Positions 40,001-51,674 of a stretch of DNA of 64,000 nucleotides are shown one piece after another; positions within the stretch are counted from its first letter, which is position 1, and every line of letters begins with the position of its first letter. Source of the stretch: Moniliella sp. 'wahieum' (Eukaryota); the NCBI GenBank assembly GCA_003971905.1, contig RSEE01000035.1, positions 248,001-312,000 of the forward strand. The letters are read 5' to 3'. Under the pieces are notes generated by a model. It was not told the origin of the DNA, ran no database searches, and was given only the letters and a program-made list of their open reading frames with translations. A program made the position numbers and the translations under genes.

Positions 40001-40702
40001 GCGACTTATCGTTCACGTACGATCTATGGGGACATCTGCCCTCGTGGCTGAATGCCATGACTCTACCTCCGGGATGGTACCACAATGTGATTCAGCCCTC
40101 GACGGCGTTTACGTCCCGTGGTGTTTTCTCGACTTACTTCCGTTCCGGGAGGAACTGATAACCAGCCTGCAACTATCGCAATCGCTCCTGCAAGGTCCGC
40201 GGTACGCGTTGCACAAGTGGATGGCGCATGCGCAAGCTTCGGTCCCCCCGCCCCAACCCGTCAAGGAATCAGCCAAAGAAACCGTCAAGGAACCGAGCCA
40301 AGCAATCCGTCAAGGAAACCCGTCAAAGAACCCGGCAAGGAACCCGTCAAGGAACCCGTCAAGGGCACGCCTGCTGCGCACCTTGCCCAGATGATCGCCT
40401 CGTTCGACGCGGGGTGGGACGGAGAACTGCATCTCGAACTGGAAGGCACGGCCGAAGCGTTACACGATCTGATTGTACGGTGTGCCGGTCCACATGCTTC
40501 GTCAACGGAAACGCGATCGCTTTTAGCTGCAGTGCTGGACCCTAAGGCGGACGTGGCCTCGCGCAAGCTTCCCCCACTTCGACAACAGTTCCTCTCCCCT
40601 GACTCTACCAAGTCTATGTTCCCCTTCCATGTGATGCGGGATAAGTGTTCGCCCGGTCGGATCGTGTTGCATCCCTTGCCGGTTCAGCCGGGGCAGCGGT
40701 AA
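37081..40702 (+). CDS. Basidiomycete conserved protein with Pro/Ser-rich N-terminus and F-box-like segment
   Basis: ACCATG start. ILATLLHYLDIDDVVELGMTCRAIR is F-box-like. Conserved-looking block APVWRVWVP..GDVVWDVAVG.E.N.G..DG..RDLSFTY..GHLPSWLNAM. Intron 39897-40001. Confidence 0.6.
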
Positions 40703-42031
40703 CTAGGATCTGATGCTTTGTTTTCTTTCATCGATCCTCGATCGTCCGTATTGGCCACATTATACATTCATCCTGAGTTCGTTTCCCACACCTTGCCTCG
40801 CCCGGAGTTTTCGATCGACCTTCTTGCTATGGTAGTGCGATGCATGATCCCGGGATCAACGTTCAACGTACTCAACGTTCAACACTCCCCCACACCAACC
40901 TACACCCTTCTTCAAGTCCGTTTTGACTCTCTTGAACCCTTTTTATGGGCGCCACAGGGGCCCATCAAACGCCCCCCCCTCCTCCCTCTCCTCGTCTCGC
41001 ACGCCCGCGTCCCATCCCACTCGTCCGTTCGCGTACGACAGGTTCGCTTTCCTTTCATCCGACCATCCGCGCCTTTTGCTATCCCCCCCCCCCCGCCCTG
41101 AGTTCGATGCGTTATGCATTATGCATTATGCGTCCAAGGGGGTTAAGTTCTCCACCAGCACCCATATCCCATATCCCATATCCCATCCTGATCGTTCCCC
41201 TATACTATACTCTACCTTCCTACCCTGTCTTTCTTGTGCGATGCTTTCCCTCACACTTTTCCACACCCTTTTCTCACACTTGGCGCTGAGCGCCAAGTCC
41301 CATTTTGTCCATCCCATTCCACCCTCCTGCTGGTCCGTATCCCAGGCCCACTTTATTGTCTGCATGCCCTGGTCCCCCGCTCGTCCCGTGTGGGCCATTC
41401 GTCCATTACTAGTCACTATAGTCACTATTAGTCACTGTGTTCCCCACCCCTGTACCGGGTAGCTGTTATTTGCCGCGCGAGGTTCCCTCCCCTGCCCCCC
41501 ACCTCACACGTTCCTCTTCTAAGGTTCCTCTTTTCCCCGGATCCGTCTCGTGCCTCGTGCCTCGTGCCTCGTGCTTCGTGCCTCAGCCTGGATGCAACCT
41601 GTTCCCCCTGGTTGGCTCGTTCCTGGCGGTGTAGCCGTATGCGTATACGTATGTTCCTGGTCCGTTCAGCGTCCCTCGTTCCTCGGTGCCCATCATGGCT
41701 CCTCGTTGAGCGTAGGACCCCTGGAACGCATCAATCCTATGAACCTCATTTCATTCTCCATGTATGCATACAGCTCTGATCCCCTTTTTGGCTTCGTGAG
41801 CATCCCCTCGTCCGTTCTCTCGTCCCATGTCCCCAGCGTCCCTCACGCCCCGAACATACACACATCATACACCATACACCACACATCGTACATCGGAAAG
41901 ATACCCGAGACTGAAATGGATGCGTCAAGCTTCAAGTTTCACTGTCGATATCGCATGTCGATCATATGGCGCTTGAAGTAGGTCTGGGGAGGTAGTAGCA
42001 GCTAGGAGCAAGTAGCCTAGTTAGCCCTTAG

Positions 42032-45000
42032 CTACCCTAGGAGACGATTGCGTTCCCAGCGCATCTGCTGCCTCAGGACGCCATCCAAGATGAGCTCGGC
42101 ATTCCATACGGGCAACTGTTGTCCCTGGGATCACGCACGCCGACCAAAGCGCTCCATACCGCGCGGTCCTCCGAGCCCGAGACGAGGTGCACAGTATCCG
42201 GTGTGGTACGCACCAACTCCATCCATCGTGGCGGGGGAACAAGTCTGCACCGACCCACCGGCAGCCTGGACGACAGCACGGAGCACCGCTACAGCCGGCC
42301 TCACGTGCCCTGTGAAAATAAACGTGTGCCCATTTAGCAGCGGCCCATGGCGCTGCCGACGTGCCAAGCTAGTGCGCAATGAACGTGACGAGCACGCTCA
42401 GCCGACGGGTCAGAGAGGATATGGTCCCAAGGACTGAGGCGCAGAGATCCACGTGAGACCTACGACCGGCACACCGCGTCCCACTGCGCCCAACATCTTT
42501 TCTGTCCGAGTAAGCGTGCGGGCTAAGACGACCTGTGCTTGGTCCAGGTGAGTAGTACGGTCCCACCCCGCTCGTCGGAGCTGCTTTTCTTGTCGCCAAC
42601 TCAACTCGAGACCTGTGGTGGCGTACAACGAGCGGGGAGCACGGGAAGAGCCTGTAGATCGATCGGTCGAAACGCGGTGCCGTGCCCGTTTGCGTTTCCC
42701 GCGTTCCTTCTCCCCTGCAGGCACGGACGTGGTAGCGGGAGAAGGCAGTTGGGGCAGGGGATTGGGAGCAGAGACGGCAGCGGAGGAGGAGAGGAGGAGG
42801 GAGGAGGAGAGAGGGCGGGGGGCTAGAGGGCGGCCGTCGTCGTTTTCCTTTGGCTGTTACCGGTGCGGGCGGGTGCGAGGGGGGGAGCGCAGCGGGTGCA
42901 GGTAAAGAGGATTCGGACCGGGTTGGGCTTGGGGGGCTTGAGGGCCGGCTGGGCCGCTGAGGAGGCAGTGGGAGCAAGTTGGGGAGGAGGAATCGACGGT
43001 GCAGAGAGGGTGGGACAAGGTCTGACGGAGGCGGTTTTGGTCTGGAGGTGAGATCCAGAGGGACAGCAGGGGTGGTGCGGGGATCGGGGGTGCGGGCAGG
43101 GTTGGAGGGAAGTGTGGGTGGCTGGGAAGCCGGAGCAGGGGCAGGGGCAGGTCGAGCGAGCGCGCGGGAACGACGGGGCTGGTGAATAGCTGGTGTTGCA
43201 GGCAGAGGGCGGGGAGGGTGTGCGATCAAGACTGGTTCCGGTGCAGGTGGGGAGGGACGTCTCAAGCCGCAGGGAAGGCATATCCCTCTTCTTGGGACAG
43301 TGCAAAGACCCAATTTTTGGCTTCTGCTCTGCAAGCGGCCAGCGTTTCGGGTGCGACGCTGTGTGTCCCATCACGCTCTCCAGGGGCACGATGGGAGAAG
43401 GTCAGTGTAGACTGGGTCCTGGAGGCAGGCACGTTGTCCCACTGTGCATAACAGGCTTCCAGCCACAGATGGTTGACCAGCGTCACTTGCCACCTCTGCG
43501 CCTGCGCCACCTTGTCGCCCTTGGCAGAGCAGCGATCAAATGGGTATTCTTAGCGGTCATATCGGGGGTCCAGGTGGCACCAGTATGTTCGATGAGCAGT
43601 TTGAGGTAGCTGCGTGTCGCGCCCGTGTAGTTACTGAGGCTGACAGTGTAATGTTCAAAGTGACGAATGGCCTTTTGAGGTGGAGGGAAATGGAGCAACC
43701 GTTCCTGGGCTCCTCGATCCGGCCCGAGGGTGGCGACCCACCAGAGCCAGGCTAAGGTAGCTACGCGTTTGTGCAGGTACAGTGCCCAGTAAGCCCAGGA
43801 GTGTCGCGATGCGCCACAACTACCACTCCGCATGCGACGGCATGCGGAAGGCTGTTCTGTTGCGAGGGGAGGGGGATCCAGACCCCGCCATGGTCCTTGA
43901 CATTGTACGAGAGTGTTTCAACCATCTTGTTGGATACCGTCTTTTCTGGCACAAAGAGAATTTTGAGACCCTTGAACGCGTCCCGGAATTGATAGAAACG
44001 GGTGCGTCGTCGATCGTCGGGGGCGTGGCTGAAAAGTTCGTTGATGTCGCGCTTGGTGAGGACAAGGGGAGGGTTGACTTCCAGCTCTTCTTGGGCCGCA
44101 TCATCTGAGGAAATGTGCATGCTAACAGGCAACTTAGGTCTTCCGCCTTTCTCAGTGGCGTGTGCGTCAAACTGGAGATAGGCAGGTTGGCCCATGTGAG
44201 TCAAGGGCCAGGCAAAGGGTTGCAGTTGACGCGCATATTCAGGCGAATGCACTCGTTGACCCAAGCGGGGTGGACAGCAACGATGCCGAGGTGACGATGT
44301 TCCGGCCGCGGAGGGCGTGGAGGTGGCGGAATCCTCAACGGGGTGATGACATGGGTCACCTCCTTGGTCAGGTTGAGGCGAAAGTGGCCGCCTAAGGATG
44401 TGACGGCAGACAGGATCAGCTCGGCCTCGGCCACAGACAGCCGTGATGGCGCGACGAATACACCACTAAAATCATAGCTGCGTCCGGAGAAAAGTAGCGC
44501 TCGTCTTGGCGTGTGCCTACATGAACCGATCGGAGGACCCATTGGGGCTAGAGAGTGAGGCGGGGAGGGAGGGGTCAGCGCCACGTGGGTGACGAGGGTT
44601 AGGGGGGGGAACATACACTAACCACGATGGCACGGCGAGCAGCGGCGTCATCAGCAATGCCATCAGTAGCAGGATGGAGACAGGCGTCGTACTCGGGTAA
44701 GTTGGTGAGCAGGCAATGACATGCGTGACCAGCTCGGGGTCAAACCGCCAGGCGGCAGGGGCGTCGGGGGGAACACCGCCGCGAGAGGCAGGGCAGGGCT
44801 GGGGGCCGAGGCGAGGCGTCGGTGCTTGTATGCCTGCCTCCAGGACGGCGTGGCAGCCCACTCGTGGGCTCCTGAACGGGCCATGAGGGAGCGGATCTGG
44901 AGAGAAAGGGCCGTCAGCTCGGGCGCGCCAATTGGGCTCTGGGGAAAGGGAGACCCACCTGGGCAGCCGTGGGGGGGCAGGTCGGCATGGACATAGTAGA

Positions 45001-45112
45001 CGACATGGTCCATCAGCGCGCTGGATGGTGGTGGCGAGGGCGAGGGCGAGGGCGAGGGCGGGGGGAGGGGGGCGCGGGCGGCTGGCGCAGACGCATGCCC
45101 AGCATCGGCCAT
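42032..45112 (-). CDS. RTT107: Multi-BRCT DNA-damage scaffold (Rtt107/Brc1-like)
   Basis: Repeated BRCT signatures: VTSLGGHFRLNLTKEVTHVI..HPAWVNECI, SLSNYTGATRSYLKLLIEHTGATWTPDMT..THLI..VNHLWLEACY, RTEKML, and VWNAELILDGVLRQ. Confidence 0.8.
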
Positions 45113-45585
45113 CGCAGCCGGATGGACAGCCAGATGGAGGCACCTCCACCCGCAGAAATACTTAAATGAAGCCCCGGACGGCACGTGATCACTTATAAGC
45201 TACGCTTGACGCTGCAACTTTCAAAGCCAGCCCTCCACCCTGGTGCTGGCCACTGCAATCTGAAATCTGAAATCGTTTCTGTTGGTGGCCTGGCCAGGCG
45301 GCTTGAAGCTTAGGCTTGAATATTGAATGCTGCATGCAACCCCCGCCCCGACGCACGAGGGCAGTGCGTGCCAAGAGCAGCCCAGTTCCAGGCGCATTTG
45401 CATGATCACGTGCGCTGAGGTAAGACGCAAATGTCCACGTGGCTTCACCCGTCAGGTACCGCTTCACCCTTCGCCTGACGCGTGAGCGGTGCCCCCTCCT
45501 CGTCCTTCTTGGACGGCGGCCCAGCATGGACCCACCCCACCTCCCAGTGAACCTGGTCCACCAGCCGCCGCCGACGACTGTTGCC

Positions 45586-46478
45586 ATGCGTCTCGCCCCG
45601 ATTCTGTCTCTGGTGCTCGGCGTGCTGGGCGGTCGCTCCCCGCCCTCGCCCTTGCTCAGGGCGACGACACCCCCACCCTCCAAGTGGCCACCACCTTCCC
45701 CGACAACGACGCCCACGTCGTCCACAATGGCGCGGCCAACCGCGTGGCGTTTGCCATCAGCCACCCGCCTGGTGCTGAGCGTGTGCTCAGCCTCGAGAGT
45801 GTCACCGGTGCCTTCCTCAACCCTGCTAAGGCCGATGGTCAGCGTGGCCGGGTGGTGCGCAACATGACTACCTACACTCTCACCAAGCCGCAGCCGCTGC
45901 GTGCTGTTGGTGGCCAGCCCACGCACCAGACGTTTGACTTTTTCTCCGAGTTCAAGCCCCAGCCACTGGATGTCGAGTTCCGGCTGGGCGTGCGGGACGG
46001 TCAGACGTCGCGCTTGTACACGATTCCTGTTACCGGGGCCAGGTGACCGTAGTTGAGCCACCGGTCAACTGGCTTGACCCTCAGGTGTATGTATTGCTCT
46101 CGGTGGTACGAGAACCCAGACTGACGGGCGACTGACTATGGCATGTACAGGTTGTTTATCTACGCGTTGCTCCTTGGATCCTTGGTGGGAGGCGCTGGGT
46201 ACTACCTGCATACCCAGAAGGCCAAGAAGAATGCGGCGGCCGCCAAGGTGGCACGGCAACAGCAGCTCAAGGCGACGGCTGCAACGGTGCAGCAGGAAGG
46301 ATACGACGAAAGCTGGATTGTACGTTCACTCTCAGGTTCTGTGTTTGGGGTGGTGGCGCTGGCGGTGGCGCTGGCGGTGCTGGTGGGGAAGGTGGCCAAA
46401 TACTGACTTTTGCTCTGTCCCCAGCCCGACTCTCACCTGAAGCGGCGGGTCCAGCCTCCGCGCCAGGCGAAAAAGTAG
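45586..46478 (+). CDS. Translocon-associated protein alpha-like (fungal Irc22-like) single-pass ER protein
   Basis: Signal peptide, V.NG..N, VRNMT, FFSEFKP, VTVVEPP..WLDPQ, a TM helix, and YDESWI|PDSHL. Two introns near 46086-46150 and 46320-46424. Confidence 0.75.
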
Positions 46479-46822
46479 ACGCGCTTGTCCACGCACTGCG
46501 ACTAGCTTCGGCTCTATTATCTTCCTTTGCAAAATCGAGAAGGATGATGATGATGATGATGATGCAGAGGTGGTGAACGCTGGACGTAGGATGTGCGGAT
46601 CGTAGTTGGTAGGGGGCACTGGTCCATGAGGAGCTGCGATCGATGGTCACAGGTCACAGGTCACAGGTCACCGGTCACCAGCCATGGCTGGCGAATGGCT
46701 GCTTGGTTGCGCCTGCTGTGGATCAAGATAATCGATTGCCGCGAGAAAAACAGACAACCCTAGCAGATCACATCCAATCCAAGAGTAACACCATCTTGCT
46801 GGCCCTATTGTGTCTTTGCCCC

Positions 46823-48803
46823 ATGGCTACCACTACTGGGTCCAGCACAGACGGGGGCGGGGTGGAGGAGGGGGAGCGGCTCACCGATACCCAGGTCGCC
46901 TTGTTGGGTGCTGGGGCTGACCTAGCCGGTCCATTACCGCTGGCCCGCTGACGATGCATCGGGTGCTGCAGATTGCGCTGGCAAAGGCGCAGTACGCCGT
47001 GGCCCGGGACAATGCGAATGAGGCGGATGCTGTGCAGGCGTATGCGGACGCTGTACGTCTCCTTCAAGAAGTGATTGTTCGCCAAGCCCGCCGGCACGCC
47101 TCCAAGCCACATGACAGCGAGCAGTTGGCCTGCTTGAAGCTGAGGCCAGCAGGTTACGTGGCATTCGCGATACATACCAAGAACGCATTTGGTTCCTCAC
47201 CTCTCTGCATGAGATGCACGAGGACCAAGACGAGGATCAGGACGAACACGCTGATGACGCTGGCGAAGTGTTACATCTACCTATTCAAACATCGGCTACG
47301 GCTACATCTGCCCCAAGAAATGGAGCAGCGCCTCTACTCACAGCACGCGGAGACACACTTTCGCCTCCCCCTGCCCCAGCACCTGCACCAGCACCAGTAC
47401 TCGCACCAACAACATCAACAGCAGCGACGTTCAAGTCGGAACCCACCCCCGAACAACCACTTTCACCAACCCATCCCCCCACTCACTCCCAGATATCCAT
47501 CCCCAGTTCCTCGGACGACACGTCCTTTCTTTCACTGGCCCGCCGGCGACGCGGCCAATCACCGACCCAGATGGACCTCAGCGCCGCCACTTTGAAGACG
47601 GAGGAGAGTTCACTATCGACAGCGACCACTACCATCCCGACCGCACACTCGGACCTTTCCACATTCACACCCAAGTCGGCCGCACCCACGCCGATCGGAA
47701 GCCTGAACCCACCACCGAGCCTACCGCCGGATGTAGAGCTGCCTCCCATCCCGACAGAGGGCAAGGACATTCGCCGCTGCACCTCTGCGCCTTCCATTGT
47801 CAAGGGGGAAGCAGGACGAGTGCGTGCGCGGGGACGCGTGCGCGGCGGGTCGCCTTCGTCCTCCTTCTCTGGACTAGAAGGGTGGGGGGGAAACCGTGTG
47901 CCGTTCCCAAAGGCCGGGTTGGATCCGCGCCGCGCGCACCAGGCGCGCAACGTGATCTTGTCCTCGCTGTCGCTTCTGCCCGAAACACGGGAACCCAAGG
48001 AGGTGCCACAGTACAAGGCGGATCCTCTGCCTGGATCGGGCGTCTTCGCCTTGGTTCAACGGCTGGCCCAGACACCTACAGAGGAACGGTGGGTGTACCT
48101 GACACCGAGCCTCGTGCTCACTGCGCCACTCTGGGGGGGGGCGGAACATGCCCGACTTCCACGGGTGGAGAACAAGGCACAGAGCCTGGGTGTGCTGGTG
48201 CGCGCGCTGACGCGCGTCGTGCATGCTGCTGAAGATCTATGGCCTGCCGAGGAACTGCGAGAAGAAGGGCAGGCGATGGCTGCTCCCGGTCTGGATGGGG
48301 CCGGGCCCGAAGGAGCTCAGGCCCTCCTCGTGGCCCTGGATGAAGTGGAATTTGCAGGGCGGGAGGCACAGGCTCTGTGTCAGGGGCGCAAGCTATCGCA
48401 GCCATCTCTTCCGTCTCCGACGGGGGAAGAAATGCCAGTCTCCTCCCTGGGCAGTTTGGGGCGAGTCAGCCACCGACTGACAGCGACACTGGAGCGGGTG
48501 ACCCACCGAGAGCGAGAGGCGCGTGGGGCGGTACCGTCGCAGGCACTTGGATCGACCAAGGCGTACGCGGCGCACGTGCGTACGCTCGCTGACTTTGTGC
48601 CTGTCTTGGTACGCCATCTGAGTGCACTGCAAGGCAAGATGGAAGATGCACCGTATACGGCGCTTCCTCCGCGCCTGTGTACCAGGCTTCGCAAGCGCCT
48701 GGAACGAGTCAGCGCGTGGTATGCGTCGTTGGTCGCGCCGCTCTTGGTGAGCGATGCGCGTTGGCTTTTGAATCTGCGGCTAGCGGACCAGATGGCCGAA
48801 TGA
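46823..48803 (+). CDS. MIT-domain-containing protein
   Basis: VLQIALAKAQYAVARDNAN..AVQAYADAVRLLQEVI..IRDTYQERI matches the fungal MIT pattern, followed by a long C-terminal ORF (47214-48803). Confidence 0.7.
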
Positions 48804-49452
48804 GTAATGGTCCCGCAGCGGCCAGGTCGATGGGGTAGGGCGCGATAACTAACCTCGGCCCGTAATTCAGATCCACATCAACCGACACGCAACCGGCGGG
48901 CGAACGTCTGCTGTAGTATCCTGGCAGACGCAGTCACCTCACTTGGTCCTCTCTGGCCCCAGCCGAACTAGAGGGACTAGTCAATACCGAGTGCAGCCAG
49001 TCACTAGTCACTAGCTTCACTAGCTTCACTAACCACATACACCACAGGCAATAGTCCTGCCATGAGACGGGGTAGCCTGGAAAAACCTCAGCGCCTCAGC
49101 GCCTCTCTCAAGTCTCAAGCTTCAAGCCATTCAAGCTTCAAGCCCGCAGCCTGAGGCTGAAGCTTGTCCAAAGTCACAGCGGAACATACGCATCTGATTT
49201 TCATTCCGCGGGCCTCGTTAGCTGGCCCCGTTGCTTGGAGCGTGGCGTCAGTTGGCCCGCCTGCTCCTCGACCTCCACCCCTGTCACCCCCGCAACGGCA
49301 GCAATTCTCCCCGTAAGCCCCCCGCTGCCTTGCCCTTGGCTGGCTGTGTCCGTACTGGATGCTCTGAAGACAGTACCGCATGCGCATGTACTGACTTGCC
49401 CGGGCGTGATTCTGTGGCGGTTGCTCTCGTCCCTCCCCTCCTTGATCCGCAG

Positions 49453-50007
49453 ATGGCGGCCAAAATCTACGTCGGCAACCTCAGCTGGAACACGACCGAC
49501 GAGGGTCTGGCTCACGCCTTTTCTCCCTTTGCGACCCAGGGAGCGCTGTTGGATTACATTGTGATGAAGGACGCGAGACCGGGCGGTCGCGCGGGTTTGG
49601 TTTCGTTACCTACCACTCAGGAAGAGGCGGACGCGGCCATCCAGACGCTCAACGACACCCAGCTCGACGGCCGTACGATCCGTGTCAACATGGCCAACTC
49701 GCGCCCGCGTGATCACCCCCCCTCGTTTGGTTACGGCGGAGGGTACGGCAACCCCTACCCTGCGCCCGCCCTCCAGGGCTTCACCGGCTACCAACAACAG
49801 GGCTTTGCTGACGTGTATGGGCAGGTTCCGTATGCCTCTCCGCCTACCGCGTTTGCCCAACCCTACCCACAGGGCTTCCAATACCCCGCCACTCAGGGCG
49901 GGTTCAACGGGCAGTACGGGTACGTATGCTTTGCTACACCATTGCAGTGGTCAATACTAATACTGAGTACTGACGGCACACCTAGCAACTACCCGCAGAA
50001 CATGTGA
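49453..50007 (+). CDS. Single-RRM glycine/tyrosine-rich RNA-binding protein
   Basis: RNP2 KIYVGNLSW and RNP1 (RS)RGFGFV after correcting paired indels, then LDGRTIRVNMA. Probable 5'-UTR intron ending at 49452 and an intron near 49920-49985. Confidence 0.85.
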   Translation: MAAKIYVGNLSWNTTDEGLAHAFSPFATQGALLDYIVMKDARPGGRAGLVSLPTTQEEADAAIQTLNDTQLDGRTIRVNMANSRPRDHPPSFGYGGGYGNPYPAPALQGFTGYQQQGFADVYGQVPYASPPTAFAQPYPQGFQYPATQGGFNGQYGYVCFATPLQWSILILSTDGTPSNYPQNM

Positions 50008-50328
50008 TTGGATGATTGCTCGATCCCGTCCCCTCTTTTGGGGCGCCTTAGCGGACCTCCGCTCGGGGCGTCTCTGAGCCCCATTGATTTGAGCATCGAC
50101 CTCGTCCATCCTAGTCGCATCTGGGCACACGCTTCGCGTACCAATCTGCGACTATTCACATCTCTGGAATCTATACTATACAGGCAACCAAAAACCATGA
50201 GCAGTTTTCACGGGCATAGCAAGGACAACAGAGCCATCCATTTTTGTGCGACCGCCCAAGCGGGAGGAGGGCAGAAGGGAGGACCAAGTGGACCCCCCCA
50301 ACGATCCCAACGATCATAGTGCGCAGAC

Positions 50329-51258
50329 TTAAAGGACAGAGAAGATGCGGATCTCGTTGTCCGAGTAGCCGGCAAAGAGGGTCTGGCCGTCGGCCGACCA
50401 GGCGAGCGAGAGCGCCTCGGGAGCCTTGCCGTTGCCCTCAACCTCAGGGACAAGCGTGTCGACAATGGACTGCGATTCAAGGTCAAAGATCTTAATGCAG
50501 GACGAGGTGGCAGCGCAGAGCCAGTAGCGGTTAGGCGAGAAGACAAGGGCGTTGACATTGTCACCGGCCTCGAGCGAGTAGAGGTGCTTGTCGACAGACA
50601 GCTCCCAGAGCATGACGGTGCCCTCCTTGCCACCAGACGCGCAAAGCGAGCCATCGGGAGAGATGGTGACCGTGTTGACGTAGCCCGAGTGACCAAAGTG
50701 GTTGGCCTTGAGGCGCATCTGCGACAGGTCCCACACCTTGACAGCCTTGTCCCAACCACCGAGACAATGAGGGAGTCTGCGGGTTGGGGAGAACTTAACG
50801 GTGCTCACCCACTCCGTGTGACCGTGGTCGGTGAGGTTGAACTTGCACTCGCCAAGCGTGTTCCACAGCTTGATCGTCTTGTCACGCGAAGCCGACACGA
50901 TCTGGCGGTTGTCAGCCGAGAAGGAGACCGAGAGGACGTCAGCCTGGTGGCCGACAAAGCGGTGGACAGTGTTGCCGGTGTTGAGGTCCCACAGACGCAG
51001 GGTCTTGTCCCACGACGAAGACAGGGCAAACTGGCCGTCGGACGACAGGACAACGTCCGAGACAAAGTGGTTGTGGCCGTGAAGGATCTTCTTGGGGTAT
51101 CCCAAGTCGTCCTCACCCCGCTTGAGGTTCCACACAATCACATGCTTGTCGCGCGACGACGAAACGAGCAAGTCAGGGTTCTCGCTCGACGTGGCCAGCG
51201 CCGTGACCCAGCCTTGGTGCCCCGTGAGGCTGCCCTTGAATTGCAGCGACTCGCTCAT
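50329..51258 (-). CDS. ASC1: RACK1 (Asc1/Cpc2) 40S ribosomal WD40 protein
   Basis: [72 protein letters not shown] and [12 protein letters not shown]. No intron in the CDS. Confidence 0.97.
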   Translation of the reverse strand: MSESLQFKGSLTGHQGWVTALATSSENPDLLVSSSRDKHVIVWNLKRGEDDLGYPKKILHGHNHFVSDVVLSSDGQFALSSSWDKTLRLWDLNTGNTVHRFVGHQADVLSVSFSADNRQIVSASRDKTIKLWNTLGECKFNLTDHGHTEWVSTVKFSPTRRLPHCLGGWDKAVKVWDLSQMRLKANHFGHSGYVNTVTISPDGSLCASGGKEGTVMLWELSVDKHLYSLEAGDNVNALVFSPNRYWLCAATSSCIKIFDLESQSIVDTLVPEVEGNGKAPEALSLAWSADGQTLFAGYSDNEIRIFSVL

Positions 51259-51267
51259 GTTTGGATG

Positions 51268-51350
51268 CTGAAGGCCAGAAACGAAGGAGGAGGAAGGGTT
51301 AACAGAACCGAAGGGAGCGACACGAGCCACCGCCTCTGCAGAATACTCAC
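51268..51350 (-). other. Probable 5'-UTR intron of RACK1
   Basis: Minus strand GTGAGT..GTTAAC..pyrimidine tract..TTCAG, ending 9 nt before the ATG. Confidence 0.65.
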
Positions 51351-51674
51351 AAGATCGGTTGTGAGGTGGAAGATCTGTGTCGGCGGCAGCGACGACGAGC
51401 CCAGCGGGAAACCGCGACCAGGTGTCAACAGGGTTATCCGCAGCAGGAATTTATTAGGGTTCCGCAATATTTATGGAGTCTTGCATCCTCAAGTGACACG
51501 CTGGAGAACGGGACTGGCACCATATATCACGTGATGCTACCAGTCTGTCGGTGCAATAGCTCGCAGCGCGGAATAGGGCCTGCGGGCGTTCCGCCAAATT
51601 TTCGCTATCCACATCCACACTGCGGAGACTGGGCTTTGCTTCGCCCTGCTTACCACCTTCGCCCCACCCACACC

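Noticed and set aside
50584..51534. 316-aa plus-strand ORF antisense to RACK1
   Set aside because: Shadow frame produced by the high GC3 codon bias of RACK1, with no independent domain signal.
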